A DNA stretch of 64,000 bases from a bacterium (GTDB taxonomy: Bacteria; Patescibacteriota; Patescibacteriia; S139-126): positions 19,873 through 83,872 of the forward strand of contig DAOUWZ010000003.1 in the NCBI GenBank assembly GCA_030666865.1, in the 5' to 3' direction. The notes under the pieces are model-generated. The model was not told the DNA's origin, did not search any database, and saw only the letters and a program-made list of their open reading frames with translations. The number at the start of each line of letters is the position of its first letter. The first letter of the stretch is position 1. The position numbers and the translations under genes are program-made. This document shows, piece by piece, positions 39,207-49,620 of the stretch.

Positions 39207-39812
39207 ATGAAGAATATTCTTTCAAATTTGATTCCAAAATTAAGACAAGAATTTGTTTTGGTGATATTTTTGTTGGTTGGTTATTCTGCTTCTCAAGCTT
39301 CTTTTAACACCTTGCAATTAGCAATTGTTTTTAATTTTCTTTTACTTTTATTTATTATTTGGTTGATAAAAGTTTTTGTTAGGGAAAATTTTTCCAGGCA
39401 ATATAAAGGTTTTATAGTTTTGATTTCTGGATTAGCTATGTTTGTAGCTGGTTTCTATGCGGCTTTGCAATATTATTTTGTAATAATACAAGACCCATTT
39501 GGTTCTTTATTGCAATATTTATATTTATTCTTTCCATTGTGGGTAATGCTTGAAGGAATATTGATGTTGTTTATTATGAATTTTGATCACAAGATAAAGA
39601 GCGTTGATTTGGAAGCAAAGATAGAAACAACCGAACCTTTGCTGGGTGATTTTATAACAGTGGCTTTGGCTACAGTTGTTCTTATTTTACTTGGTGAATT
39701 TGTGATTGTTTTTCCTTGGTATTTGAATGTTTGTTTAGTTATGACTGTGAATTTGATTGTGATAAATCAATTTGGCGGGCAAGTAGAAGAGAAAAAAGTA
39801 AAAAAGATATAA
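39207..39812 (+). CDS. Multi-TM hypothetical protein
   Basis: About six hydrophobic segments. Confidence 0.65.
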   Translation: MKNILSNLIPKLRQEFVLVIFLLVGYSASQASFNTLQLAIVFNFLLLLFIIWLIKVFVRENFSRQYKGFIVLISGLAMFVAGFYAALQYYFVIIQDPFGSLLQYLYLFFPLWVMLEGILMLFIMNFDHKIKSVDLEAKIETTEPLLGDFITVALATVVLILLGEFVIVFPWYLNVCLVMTVNLIVINQFGGQVEEKKVKKI

Positions 39813-39900
39813 GATTGTTAATATTAATTTTTTTAAAAAGACCTTATTGTAGGAGTCTTTTTTCTATTACAATTAAGAAAGGTATAAATTATTAAAATGT

Positions 39901-39929
39901 GTAGCAATAGAGTACGGCTCTGTTGCTAC
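39901..39929. repeat. GTAG-type REP-like palindrome
   Basis: GTAGCAATAGAGT-ACG-GCTCTGTTGCTAC; same 29-nt architecture as 13874. Confidence 0.7.
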
Positions 39930-39972
39930 AGTGCATATTTGATTAAGTTCATAAATATGTTAATATACTTGC

Positions 39973-41013
39973 ATGGATAGAATATCCCCACAACAGATTA
40001 TCTTATTAGTTATTCTATTTTTGATAGCCAGTGGCGGTTCAAAAGTGGCTTTCTTTTTGTTTGTGGCAGCTATTTTTTATATTATTTTAAAGAAAAAATA
40101 TTCAATAGATATAATTAAATTATTAAAGAAAAAATCTATGCCTGAAGTGATAAATATAAATCCATCTGGATTGGGGAATATATCCTCCAAAGCTAAAAAT
40201 ATTGGTTATTTAGTAATTATTACGATAATCGTTATAGTATTTTTGGTAAATGCTATCAGAATTGTTGACGCTGGTTATACTGGAGTTTATTCTTTGTTTG
40301 GAAAAGTAAAAGACACAGAATATTCTTCTGGTTTGCATTTGATAAATCCTTTGGCAAAAATAACTCCAATGAGTATTAGAACAGAAGAATATACTATGAG
40401 TATTTTGACTGGAGAAGGTAAAAAAACAGGAGCTGATTCTATCGCCGCTCTGACCAAAGAAGGTTTGAATGTTGACTTGGACATTACAGTTCTTTATAAA
40501 TTGGATGAACAAAGCGCTTCAGATATTTATAAGAACGTCGGGCTTAATTATGAAGAAAAAATAATTCGTCCAGCAATCAGGAGTTCTATCCGGGAAATTA
40601 TAGCTCAATACGAAGCCAAAGATATTTATTCTGAAAAACGTAGTGAGGCAGCAGACAAGATTGTAGAAGATTTAAAAGTACAAATGGATCCAAGAGGGAT
40701 TATTTTGGAAGAAGTGCTACTTAGAAATGTTCAATTGCCAGATAAATTGGCTCAATCAATTCAAGAAAAATTACAGGCAGAGCAAGAAGCAGAAAAATAT
40801 GATTTTATATTGACCAAAGAAGTGAAAGAAAAAGAAAGGAAAATTATTGAAGCTGAGGGCCAGCGCGATGCACAGAAGATTATTAATGAAAGTTTAAGCA
40901 CAAATTATTTGTATTATCTTTATATCAATGAATTGAAAGATAGAGAGGGAACTATTTATGTGCCGACTGGATCAAATACCGGCGTGCCTTTGTTTAGGAA
41001 TCTCGGTCAATAA
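39973..41013 (+). CDS. Prohibitin/SPFH domain protein
   Basis: G..GV..LFG, GLHLINP, TKEGLNVDLDITV, IRPAIRSSIRE, AEQEA, EAEG. Confidence 0.9.
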   Translation: MDRISPQQIILLVILFLIASGGSKVAFFLFVAAIFYIILKKKYSIDIIKLLKKKSMPEVININPSGLGNISSKAKNIGYLVIITIIVIVFLVNAIRIVDAGYTGVYSLFGKVKDTEYSSGLHLINPLAKITPMSIRTEEYTMSILTGEGKKTGADSIAALTKEGLNVDLDITVLYKLDEQSASDIYKNVGLNYEEKIIRPAIRSSIREIIAQYEAKDIYSEKRSEAADKIVEDLKVQMDPRGIILEEVLLRNVQLPDKLAQSIQEKLQAEQEAEKYDFILTKEVKEKERKIIEAEGQRDAQKIINESLSTNYLYYLYINELKDREGTIYVPTGSNTGVPLFRNLGQ

Positions 41014-41368
41014 ATTTTACATTAGAAAAAGGCAGAGTTACGACTCTGCCTTTTTTATTTAATAACCATAGTGATTTTTGATCCATGCCAGTAAGATGCC
41101 AAACATTTTTTGTTTTTTGACTTAGTTGGACAATTAATTTTTTCCCGGCGGATTTTAATTCAGAATACATTTTTATTACTTCACCAAGTGTGGATGATTC
41201 TGCCAAAGTTACACAAGAAATATCCAAAATGCATTCAGTGTGATTCGTGGTTAAGGCATGTTTGGTAAATTTTTCAAATGCATCATAAACTTTTGTTGAT
41301 TCGGTATTACCGTTTAGGTTGGAAATACCCGATAATGTGAAAATATTTTTTTGGATTTTATAATCCAT
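40994..41368 (-). CDS. STAS-domain (anti-sigma antagonist-like) protein
   Basis: ILDISCVTLAESSTLG...VWHLTGMD; strong SD GAAGGAGG; TTGACA upstream. Confidence 0.65.
   Translation of the reverse strand: MDYKIQKNIFTLSGISNLNGNTESTKVYDAFEKFTKHALTTNHTECILDISCVTLAESSTLGEVIKMYSELKSAGKKLIVQLSQKTKNVWHLTGMDQKSLWLLNKKGRVVTLPFSNVKFIDRDS
41026..41056. terminator. Bidirectional terminator
   Basis: AAAAAGGCAGAGT-TACG-ACTCTGCCTTTTT. Confidence 0.75.
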
Positions 41369-41494
41369 AATATCCTCCTTCAAGTTGGTTTTATTGAACG
41401 AATTATATTATCTTATTTTATTTTAGTTATTATGTCAATAAAATTGTTTAAAGTTATATTTTATGTCATAATATATACAGCTAATTTTTGGTAC

Positions 41495-44389
41495 ATGCAT
41501 GTTGTAAAAAAATATTTAGGTTCATTTTTAATAAGCATTATAATAACTGCTGTGGTTTTATGGTCAGCAGTTTTTTTGTTGCCCATATTTGCCCAAATGG
41601 ATACCAATACCAACGGCTCAGTTGTAAATATTTTGAATTTATATAATGGACAGGAATTGACTGAAAATTATATTCTTGATTTTGAAGCAATTGATAATAC
41701 TGAGCATTTACAACTGATATTTGTTGATGCTAATGGAGTGAAAGATAGCCGAGAGGCTTATGCTTATCAATCAAGCTCTAGTTTAAATATCTGGCATTAT
41801 AATTTGGAGATAGCTGAACTTGGCGATGGAAATTATCGATTAGAGACCTCAGTTATTTTTTCTGATAGCACTATTATGGTTGGTGATATTCGTGAATTTT
41901 CAATAAATGAGAATCCAAATTTATTTTTGGAGGTTTTCATAACCAACCCTAAAGAAGGTGATATTATTTCTGAAAATTATTTGTTTACAGCCGAGACCAA
42001 TCAAGTGGTTGATAGTTTATATTTCAATATTTATACCGGCACCGGTGTCTTGATGGTTCAAGAGGAAGGAGTTGAAACTAACTCAGATCATAGTTATCAT
42101 GCAGATTACAATACAAACAATTTAACTGACGGAGAATATATTGTAAGGGCAAATGCGACTTTAGAAAATAACACAGTTGATTCAAGGGATATTAATTTTT
42201 ATATTAATAATCAAGTCGACAGTACTTCAACTTCAACAGATACGACAACTGCTGACGGATCAGAAATTGACAATTCAGATTCAAATGATGATAATTTATC
42301 TGAAGAAGTAAAGATTGAATTTACTTCGCCAAGCAATAATAGCGCTATTCAAGAGACTGTATTGTTTCAAGCTAAGACAAACAGATTGGTTGATAATGTT
42401 TATTTTAGGATTGATTCTAATTATATTTCAGCTAAAAAATTTGATGACAATAGATGGCAAGAATATGTAGATACTGCAGTATATGAAAATGGTTTGGTTG
42501 AAGTAATAGCTGTTGCGACTAATGAGGGGATAGATTATTATGATACATTAAAATTAAATATTCAAAATGAAATCAGCACTGATAACGCTGAAATAGAGAG
42601 TCAGGTTGGAGACAATGATAAAGATAAATCTGACGCAAGTAAAGTTGAACCAGATTGTATTCAAGAAATATATTATGCCAGATCAAGTTCAGTGTCTGTA
42701 TGTCAGAAATTTACTGATTCATGTTCAGTCCCTCCGGGCTGGGAGTCATGTGAGCTTAACAATGAATCGCGGGATCAAGATAGTCAAAAAGATCAAGAAG
42801 ATTCTACCAGTAATTTTGATAATGACGTCAAAAATGAAAACGAAGAAGGACCTTACAAAGATGACGATAGAGCGACTAGCGATCAGATAATAGGTATTTG
42901 CGATGATTTAGGTGTTCAAGATGTGGATTGTAGAAAATATTTAATGAACATAAATGATTACCCCCGAGAGTGTGTTGCTGATAAATTTGATTTAGCAGTG
43001 TGTGAAACTAAATATCAAGAATGCAGAAGTTTAGAAATTGCCAATATTGATTTATGTTTTAAATATTTATCAGAGCCTAGGCAGTCTCGTTGGTGTGATT
43101 TGCCGGAATTTAATGATTTGAAGGTATGTCAAAGTTATATAAATAAAAAATATGAAGAGAAGCAATTATTACTTGGAAGCAATATCACAAATGATTTTTC
43201 TAAAGAATGTTTGGATCAAAATATTATAGACAAAAAGAAATGTGAAAAATTTTTATATTATCTAAGATTGCCAATCGAGTGCAGGAAAAATAAAATTTAT
43301 AACAGGCAAGAATGCGAGAATTTATTGAAAGATGATTATTTAAATAAAGTTTGTCAGCAAATGGGAGTTAGTGATATTACTGAGTGTCAAAATAAACTTG
43401 TTCAGAGCTATAAAGATAAATTTATTTGTGATAGCGGAGATTGCGCTAGGATAGTAAAGGAAAAATTGGTAAATGAATTAGCGGTTAAAGACATTATCAA
43501 CAAAGGTGTTAAGGAAAGTCTAAAAGAATACAATAATAAGCCTTTTTATTCCAACCGAACTGCTGTTACCAAGCAGCAGGCAGATATAATTGGAAAAATG
43601 CCGATTGTATATGAGTTGGGACTGCAGTATAAAATTTTATCGGCTGAAGAAAAAATAAAAATAACAGAATATAAGCTGGAAGCGCCATTGCCAGCTGTTT
43701 TGGCAAAGGATAGTGACGGTGATGGAGTTCCTGATGATGTGGAAGAGAGATTGGGTACTGACAAGTATGATTCTGATTCAGATAAAGATGGGTATCTGGA
43801 TGGGATTGAATTGGAAAATGGATATGATCCCTTGAGTCCATCTAAAAAATTGGATAAACAATTAGCCCCGATAGAATTAGCTTTAATTAAAAATAAAGTT
43901 TTAGAACATCCTTTAGTCAGCGGAGATGTGTCTGAGGATTTGCAAATAAAATCTTTTAAAAATATTTCTACTACTGATGAAGGATTAGAAACTAGTAAAA
44001 TAGCATTATCTGGAACTGGACCGGCTTTTTCAGTGTTAAGTTTATTTATTTATTCAGACTTGCCAATGGTTGCTACCATGCAAGTAGATGAATTTGGCCG
44101 ATGGGAATATACCATGACAGATTCTTTAGTTGACGGGGAGCATCAGGTTTTTGTAGTTCTCAACGATGATAATGGTAAAATTGTCAAAAAATCAGCTGGT
44201 TCGTTGTTATTTGTCAAAGAAGCAAAAGCAGCTTCAGTTGATGAAGTAATTGATTTTAGCTTTAAAGAGGATTCTAAATCTTTAGTATCGTATTATTATT
44301 ATGGAGTAGTAATTGCTATAGTTTTAGGACTTTTACTTTTTTTTATTTTACGCAAAAGTTTAAAAAAAGGTGATTTGACAGAATTATGA
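41495..44389 (+). CDS. Large surface protein: Ig-like domains, Cys-rich helical repeats, DxDxDG motifs, C-terminal TM
   Basis: Signal/TM, three ITxP...DG.Y Big-like repeats, ~30 Cys, DSDGDG, C-terminal TM; ATGA overlap with the kinase gene. Confidence 0.8.
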   Translation: MHVVKKYLGSFLISIIITAVVLWSAVFLLPIFAQMDTNTNGSVVNILNLYNGQELTENYILDFEAIDNTEHLQLIFVDANGVKDSREAYAYQSSSSLNIWHYNLEIAELGDGNYRLETSVIFSDSTIMVGDIREFSINENPNLFLEVFITNPKEGDIISENYLFTAETNQVVDSLYFNIYTGTGVLMVQEEGVETNSDHSYHADYNTNNLTDGEYIVRANATLENNTVDSRDINFYINNQVDSTSTSTDTTTADGSEIDNSDSNDDNLSEEVKIEFTSPSNNSAIQETVLFQAKTNRLVDNVYFRIDSNYISAKKFDDNRWQEYVDTAVYENGLVEVIAVATNEGIDYYDTLKLNIQNEISTDNAEIESQVGDNDKDKSDASKVEPDCIQEIYYARSSSVSVCQKFTDSCSVPPGWESCELNNESRDQDSQKDQEDSTSNFDNDVKNENEEGPYKDDDRATSDQIIGICDDLGVQDVDCRKYLMNINDYPRECVADKFDLAVCETKYQECRSLEIANIDLCFKYLSEPRQSRWCDLPEFNDLKVCQSYINKKYEEKQLLLGSNITNDFSKECLDQNIIDKKKCEKFLYYLRLPIECRKNKIYNRQECENLLKDDYLNKVCQQMGVSDITECQNKLVQSYKDKFICDSGDCARIVKEKLVNELAVKDIINKGVKESLKEYNNKPFYSNRTAVTKQQADIIGKMPIVYELGLQYKILSAEEKIKITEYKLEAPLPAVLAKDSDGDGVPDDVEERLGTDKYDSDSDKDGYLDGIELENGYDPLSPSKKLDKQLAPIELALIKNKVLEHPLVSGDVSEDLQIKSFKNISTTDEGLETSKIALSGTGPAFSVLSLFIYSDLPMVATMQVDEFGRWEYTMTDSLVDGEHQVFVVLNDDNGKIVKKSAGSLLFVKEAKAASVDEVIDFSFKEDSKSLVSYYYYGVVIAIVLGLLLFFILRKSLKKGDLTEL

Positions 44390-45753
44390 AAAAATTTTAT
44401 TTGTTGAAAAATTTTCAGGTAATTTATGGTTTGATTTTGATAATATTGGTGCCGGTGGTGGTAGCTCTAAATACTATCGCTTTGAATAAAACTTTTCAAA
44501 GGAATATTGATGTCCAATTGCAAAGACAGGCAATGTCTTTGGGAAAATCCTTTAATGTGGCGGCACAAAATATTTTTGATGATAAAAAAAAGTTACAGTC
44601 TATTATTGATAAAACATTGCAATCAGAAAATGATGTAAAGGAAATTCAAGTTTTAGAATTTAAAGATGAGGAATTTATAGTAATGTTAAGCTCAAACGAG
44701 ATTGATTTGAGAAAGAGTAGTTCATTTACCCAACTTTATCTTTCTTGGTATCAAAATCAAGCCATTGCTACATTGTTTAATAAGCAGCAATTAGATGCAT
44801 TTTTAGGTAGAGAGATTTCTTATCAAAAAGATAATGATAGATATTGGTTGGTGACCATGCCTCTTGTCGATGAAGATGGGAGTAAGCGTTATTTGTTGAC
44901 TATGTCCGTATCACTAAGTATTATGGATGAATTAATCAAAGATACTCTGAGTAAAAGTTATATTTTTTTATCCCTGACCGTCCTGCTATTGATATTATTA
45001 CTTGCTGCCAATTCAAGATTGTTTGAATATGCGGTATTGTATAAAAGAATAAAAGAAATTGATAAAATGAAAGATGAATTTATATCCATTGCTTCGCATG
45101 AGCTCAGAACTCCACTAACGGTTATCAAAGGATATGTATCTATGTTGTTGGCTGACCATTCTGATCCGGAAGAAACTGAAAAATCCTTGCAGACCATTGC
45201 CGCTTCCTCCGATAGATTGGCTGATTTGGTTGAAGATTTATTAAATGTTTCCAGAATTGAGCAAGGCAGATTGAAGTTTGATATAAAATCAGCAGATCCA
45301 TTACAAACAATAAATGAAGTTATCAAAGAACTTTCAGTTGAAACAAATAATAAAAGGCTTGAGCTTGTTTATGTAGGAAAGAGCGTATTGCCGCGAATAT
45401 TAGTTGATAATGCGAAATTTAAACAAGTTTTAATAAATATTGTTGGCAATTCAGTTAAATACACTATTAAAGGTTCAGTAAAGATTGAATGCAGTATCAA
45501 GCAAAAATTTTTGCAAATCAAAATTGTTGATACTGGAATTGGCATGTCTGCTAAAGCCAGAGAGCGTTTATTTGAAAAATTTTATCGTATTAAAAATGAT
45601 GATACCAAAAATGTTTCTGGAACCGGTCTTGGTTTATGGATTACTAAACGGTTAATAGAGAATATGTCAGGAGAAATATTTGTAGATAGTATTGAAGGAG
45701 TTGGTACTAGTGTAAGCATTTTATTACCTCTTGCTAACAAGTCTAATAATTAA
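44386..45753 (+). CDS. Sensor histidine kinase
   Basis: Two TM, ASHELRTPL, NSVKYT, DTGIGM, GTGLGL. Confidence 0.95.
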   Translation: MKKFYLLKNFQVIYGLILIILVPVVVALNTIALNKTFQRNIDVQLQRQAMSLGKSFNVAAQNIFDDKKKLQSIIDKTLQSENDVKEIQVLEFKDEEFIVMLSSNEIDLRKSSSFTQLYLSWYQNQAIATLFNKQQLDAFLGREISYQKDNDRYWLVTMPLVDEDGSKRYLLTMSVSLSIMDELIKDTLSKSYIFLSLTVLLLILLLAANSRLFEYAVLYKRIKEIDKMKDEFISIASHELRTPLTVIKGYVSMLLADHSDPEETEKSLQTIAASSDRLADLVEDLLNVSRIEQGRLKFDIKSADPLQTINEVIKELSVETNNKRLELVYVGKSVLPRILVDNAKFKQVLINIVGNSVKYTIKGSVKIECSIKQKFLQIKIVDTGIGMSAKARERLFEKFYRIKNDDTKNVSGTGLGLWITKRLIENMSGEIFVDSIEGVGTSVSILLPLANKSNN

Positions 45754-45763
45754 TATTAAATAT

Positions 45764-46132
45764 ATGACAAAAAAAATATTAATTGCAGAAGACGAAAAAG
45801 ATATATTAAAAATGTTTTCTGACATGCTAAAAACTGCAGGTTATGAAGTTGAAGAAGCGGAAGACGGGGAAGAAGCTATAAAAAAATTGGCTATTGCTAC
45901 ACCTGATTTACTGTTACTTGATTTGCAAATGCCGAATAAGGATGGTTTTGGAGTAATTGAGTGGATGGTTAGTGAGGGCAAAATTAACGACACGAAAGTA
46001 ATTGTTTTATCCAATATTGATCAGCCAGAATGGGTAAATAGAGCAATGGAGTTGGGGGCTCATGATTATTGGATGAAAATTGATACGCATTTGACTGATT
46101 TAATCGCAAAAGTTAATAAGATTTTAAGTTAG
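45764..46132 (+). CDS. Stand-alone response regulator (receiver only)
   Basis: ILIAEDE, LLDLQMP, VLSN, YWMK. Confidence 0.9.
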   Translation: MTKKILIAEDEKDILKMFSDMLKTAGYEVEEAEDGEEAIKKLAIATPDLLLLDLQMPNKDGFGVIEWMVSEGKINDTKVIVLSNIDQPEWVNRAMELGAHDYWMKIDTHLTDLIAKVNKILS

Positions 46133-46166
46133 TAGTTTAATAGTGAAAAATTTATATTAAATTTTT

Positions 46167-46198
46167 AAAAACCCCGATGTAAACATCGGGGTTTTTTT
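46167..46198. terminator. Bidirectional terminator
   Basis: AAAACCCCGATG-TAAA-CATCGGGGTTTT. Confidence 0.75.
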
Positions 46199-46208
46199 GT
46201 CATGTTAT

Positions 46209-46571
46209 TTATTTTTTTGGTTTTTTTGCAACCGTTATCCTTTTGACAAAATGAGAAATTATGAAATTCAAACTGATTCCTATCAGTATATAAATCATTT
46301 CCCTCGGAATAGAATAGATTGGCTTGATTACTCCGGTTATTTTATCTATGTCAACTATCAGCGCATTGATAACAAGTATATAGAAAAATATTATTGCCCA
46401 GATAATTAGCCAAAATTCGCCTCTTCTTTTTTGAATGGCGGTATTGTTGTGAAACCACCTTTCAATTGCCTTATGAGATGTGTATAACAGTAATATTATA
46501 AAATAACCGACTGTGCTTTCAAGAGAAACGTATAGTTTAAGGTTATGAAATTTTAGCAACATCATAACCAT
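46209..46571 (-). CDS. Hypothetical membrane protein
   Basis: Three hydrophobic segments. Confidence 0.55.
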   Translation of the reverse strand: MVMMLLKFHNLKLYVSLESTVGYFIILLLYTSHKAIERWFHNNTAIQKRRGEFWLIIWAIIFFYILVINALIVDIDKITGVIKPIYSIPREMIYILIGISLNFIISHFVKRITVAKKPKK

Positions 46572-46746
46572 AAAGAAAATTGTATATACAGATGAGAGTA
46601 GGAATAAGGCGTTGAGTGTAGGTAATACTTTTTCTTGGCTTTCACGAGAGAAAAATTTTAAAAAATTAGCTATTGAAAAAAGATAAAAAATATGCTATAC
46701 TAATACTAGTTAAAACAAAAATAAAAATAAAAATTAACAAAAAACA

Positions 46747-48168
46747 ATGAAAAAAATCATTTTTTCAACATGGATTGCACTACTTGTAGTGTCTTTTTTT
46801 GTGCCTAGTTTAAGCGCTTTAGCCACTAATCATTCAACTTGTGAATTGGCAGATGACTATGTTACCCCGGTTGTTAATGCAGTAGCAACTGACAGCGGGG
46901 TTGAAGTCTCATGGCAAAAAATTGATCATCCTAAATTAGCTGGATATAAAGTTGTTATTTCTAAAGATAATTCAAGTCCTAAATATAGCGAGGATGGCTA
47001 TATGACTTATATTACCAATAAAGATACAATTTCTTATTTGGTTAAAGCTACTACCAAATATAAGAATGGTGATTTTGGGTATTATTTAACTCCAGGAGAG
47101 TCTTATTATTTTTCTATCACCGCTCTTTATAACTGTAGTTACAAAGAAGCTGGTAATGCGGTGCTGGTTGTATTTCCAGAAGTAGCAGATGATAACACTA
47201 ATATTGGTATGTCATGTAAGTACAAAAAGTTATTTTCAGATCAACCACCGACACGTGATAAGTATTGGGAAAAATTGGGTCTTGATATTAGTAAACATTC
47301 AGATATTATTAAATATAGAATTAAATGGTTTAGTGGAGGGTGGTCAGAATGGTTTACCACTGGCGTAGATGATATAGATTGGAAAGATAATTGCGGAGAT
47401 AAATATTATCTAGGCGGTCGCAATTGGGATAGTAGCAGACCAGATGAATGTTCCAGAAGAGTATGGTCTTATTTTACTGATCATGTTCATGAATATTACC
47501 AATGTTCGGATAATAATAATTGGCAGACAATTAAAGAAGTGACAAAAGAAGCATATAAACCAAAAGAACATTTGGTTGATATTTCCAAAAAAGCTAAACT
47601 TTTGAAAAATAATCAACTTGATGAAATTTTAGCGGAATTGAAAGAGCTTAGAAGTTTAGTGCGTGAACAACAAGCAGAATTGAAATATTTGCGGAGTTTA
47701 GCCGGTGAGCTTCGAAGTTTGGCTAGTGAAATGAGATCAGCCGTTCAAAATTTTGTTACTTACGGAGTTGATGAAAATACCAAAAGATTAGGTGAAGGCG
47801 AACGAGCGGCAGTTATTTATTCATACAAGGAAGCTTTCGGAAAATTACCAAACAATGAAACTGAGCTTGAGGATGCTATCAAAATTGCTAATGGCAGATG
47901 GCCTAGCAAAAGAAATAAAGCAATTGAACAAAGAGCGATTAGAAAATTCCAAGAAATTTATCATCGCCTGCCAAATTTTGAATTACCAAGTGATGACGCT
48001 GCTATAACTATTATGTCTTACGGGCTCCGGCAGCGAGCAGAGAATAGAAATTTGAAAAGTGAACAACAGGGGATAGGTATTTATCATGATATTTTTAATA
48101 CATTGCCAGAGACTACTTATGATTGGAATGTGATGCAGGCTATTACTTATTCCGGCGCTACTAGATAA
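46747..48168 (+). CDS. Secreted protein with one Fn3-like repeat (paralogous to 36635), coiled coil and C-terminal helical domain
   Basis: Signal peptide; GYKVVISKDNSSPKY..DGY; LGEGERAAV...ANGRWP...AITYSGATR. Confidence 0.8.
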   Translation: MKKIIFSTWIALLVVSFFVPSLSALATNHSTCELADDYVTPVVNAVATDSGVEVSWQKIDHPKLAGYKVVISKDNSSPKYSEDGYMTYITNKDTISYLVKATTKYKNGDFGYYLTPGESYYFSITALYNCSYKEAGNAVLVVFPEVADDNTNIGMSCKYKKLFSDQPPTRDKYWEKLGLDISKHSDIIKYRIKWFSGGWSEWFTTGVDDIDWKDNCGDKYYLGGRNWDSSRPDECSRRVWSYFTDHVHEYYQCSDNNNWQTIKEVTKEAYKPKEHLVDISKKAKLLKNNQLDEILAELKELRSLVREQQAELKYLRSLAGELRSLASEMRSAVQNFVTYGVDENTKRLGEGERAAVIYSYKEAFGKLPNNETELEDAIKIANGRWPSKRNKAIEQRAIRKFQEIYHRLPNFELPSDDAAITIMSYGLRQRAENRNLKSEQQGIGIYHDIFNTLPETTYDWNVMQAITYSGATR

Positions 48169-48216
48169 TAATATATAAATATTTTTTAAAATAGTCCCGC
48201 GTTCGCGGGACTATTT

Positions 48217-49374
48217 TTATTTATTTAAATGATTATAAATAAATAAATACATGGCTGCATTCCAAGATTGATAGGGCATGCCCATTGGCTGCTCAGTCTG
48301 GCCGTGAAACCATTCATTAAATTGCCAGTTATTTATTTTATTCAATTCAGCCATTTTTGTTAATTCCTTGGTAGCTAAATTTTTATCGATCATAGATAGA
48401 AGTACTGCCCACCAGCCGTCAATAAACGGCCAAATACCGCCATTGTGATATTGCCAAGGTTTATTCAAATTGTGGTGTTTCATATATGGCCGCCAAGCCG
48501 AATCATTTTTGGTGATGGGATTGAGAACAGTTTTAGGCCCATATGGCTTGTCAATTTTATTTTTTTGTAAATATTTTATAATTTTTTTTATCTTTGACGG
48601 ACTAGCTAGGCCAGTTAAGCAGGCTAGGATATTCCCGAATACATCAACTTCTTTTCCCCATTGATAATAATTAATAAAACTTAAATAAGTTTTGTCTTTT
48701 TTATTATATTTGATATGACTTAATAATTTTCCAAGTTTTTTATTATTTTGAATGATATTTTTTGACGGATGGCTATTATTATTAAATATATAATTAAAAT
48801 ATTTTTTAGTCAGTTTAGTGTTATTCAGTTTATATAGTTTTTTTACCCAATACCACAGAGCGTTAGTATACAAAACAAAACCAGATCTGGGCATCAAGTC
48901 AGCCCAGTCGCTAGCTTCATTTTGACTAAGTAAATAAAAATTAGGATGCTCTTGAGCCAAGAGCCAGTTGATAGCTTTATTGATTTTTATTTTTAATTTT
49001 TTGGCTAAATCAGAATTAGTATTCTTGTCAAAATGTTTTATGGCGATCAGCCACCATAGGGTAGAGTCAATACAGCCTAAATAATAAAAATCTATTTCAT
49101 TTTTTTCCGGTTTGACATAAAAAGGTATTTGTCCGTTGGTAGCTTGGTGTTTGGCTAAAGTAATTAGGCTGTTTCTTGCAGTTTTGATTAATTGTTTATC
49201 TTGACTTAAAGCCATACCTAAAGAACAGATAGACGCATCTCGACCAAAAATACTTAAATAATTTCTATTTACAGCCTTTTGAGATTTTCCACTAGCCAGT
49301 ATTCCAAACTTAGTAGAATTGTTTTTTAATACTTGTATTGATTTTTTATAGCATAGTTGGTTTAAATCGTTCAT
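48217..49374 (-). CDS. GH100 (neutral invertase)/amylo-alpha-1,6-glucosidase-like glycoside hydrolase
   Basis: FGRDAS, DSTLWW, DWAD, YHNGGIWP, EWFHG, QSWNA. Confidence 0.8.
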   Translation of the reverse strand: MNDLNQLCYKKSIQVLKNNSTKFGILASGKSQKAVNRNYLSIFGRDASICSLGMALSQDKQLIKTARNSLITLAKHQATNGQIPFYVKPEKNEIDFYYLGCIDSTLWWLIAIKHFDKNTNSDLAKKLKIKINKAINWLLAQEHPNFYLLSQNEASDWADLMPRSGFVLYTNALWYWVKKLYKLNNTKLTKKYFNYIFNNNSHPSKNIIQNNKKLGKLLSHIKYNKKDKTYLSFINYYQWGKEVDVFGNILACLTGLASPSKIKKIIKYLQKNKIDKPYGPKTVLNPITKNDSAWRPYMKHHNLNKPWQYHNGGIWPFIDGWWAVLLSMIDKNLATKELTKMAELNKINNWQFNEWFHGQTEQPMGMPYQSWNAAMYLFIYNHLNK

Positions 49375-49620
49375 TGATTTTTATTAATCATATATATCCA
49401 TAGTATATCACTTAAATAGAAAAGTTTTATGTTAATGAACATACCGTGGTATATTCATTAAGCTTTTAAATATAGATCAGTTTGAATTTGGTGGTTTGAA
49501 ATTCATCCCGTTTACGCGGTGAAACTTTTTTTGACAAAAAATATATAGAAAAGCAGTTAGAACGGCTTGTTTTGTTGAGTTAAAGAGTGTATGGTTGAAA
49601 TAGTTAATATAATAAGTAGT

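Noticed and set aside
41351-41494. Extended N-terminus of the 1012-aa ORF
   Set aside because: It overlaps the divergent STAS gene and its promoter; the ATG at 41495 gives a normal signal sequence
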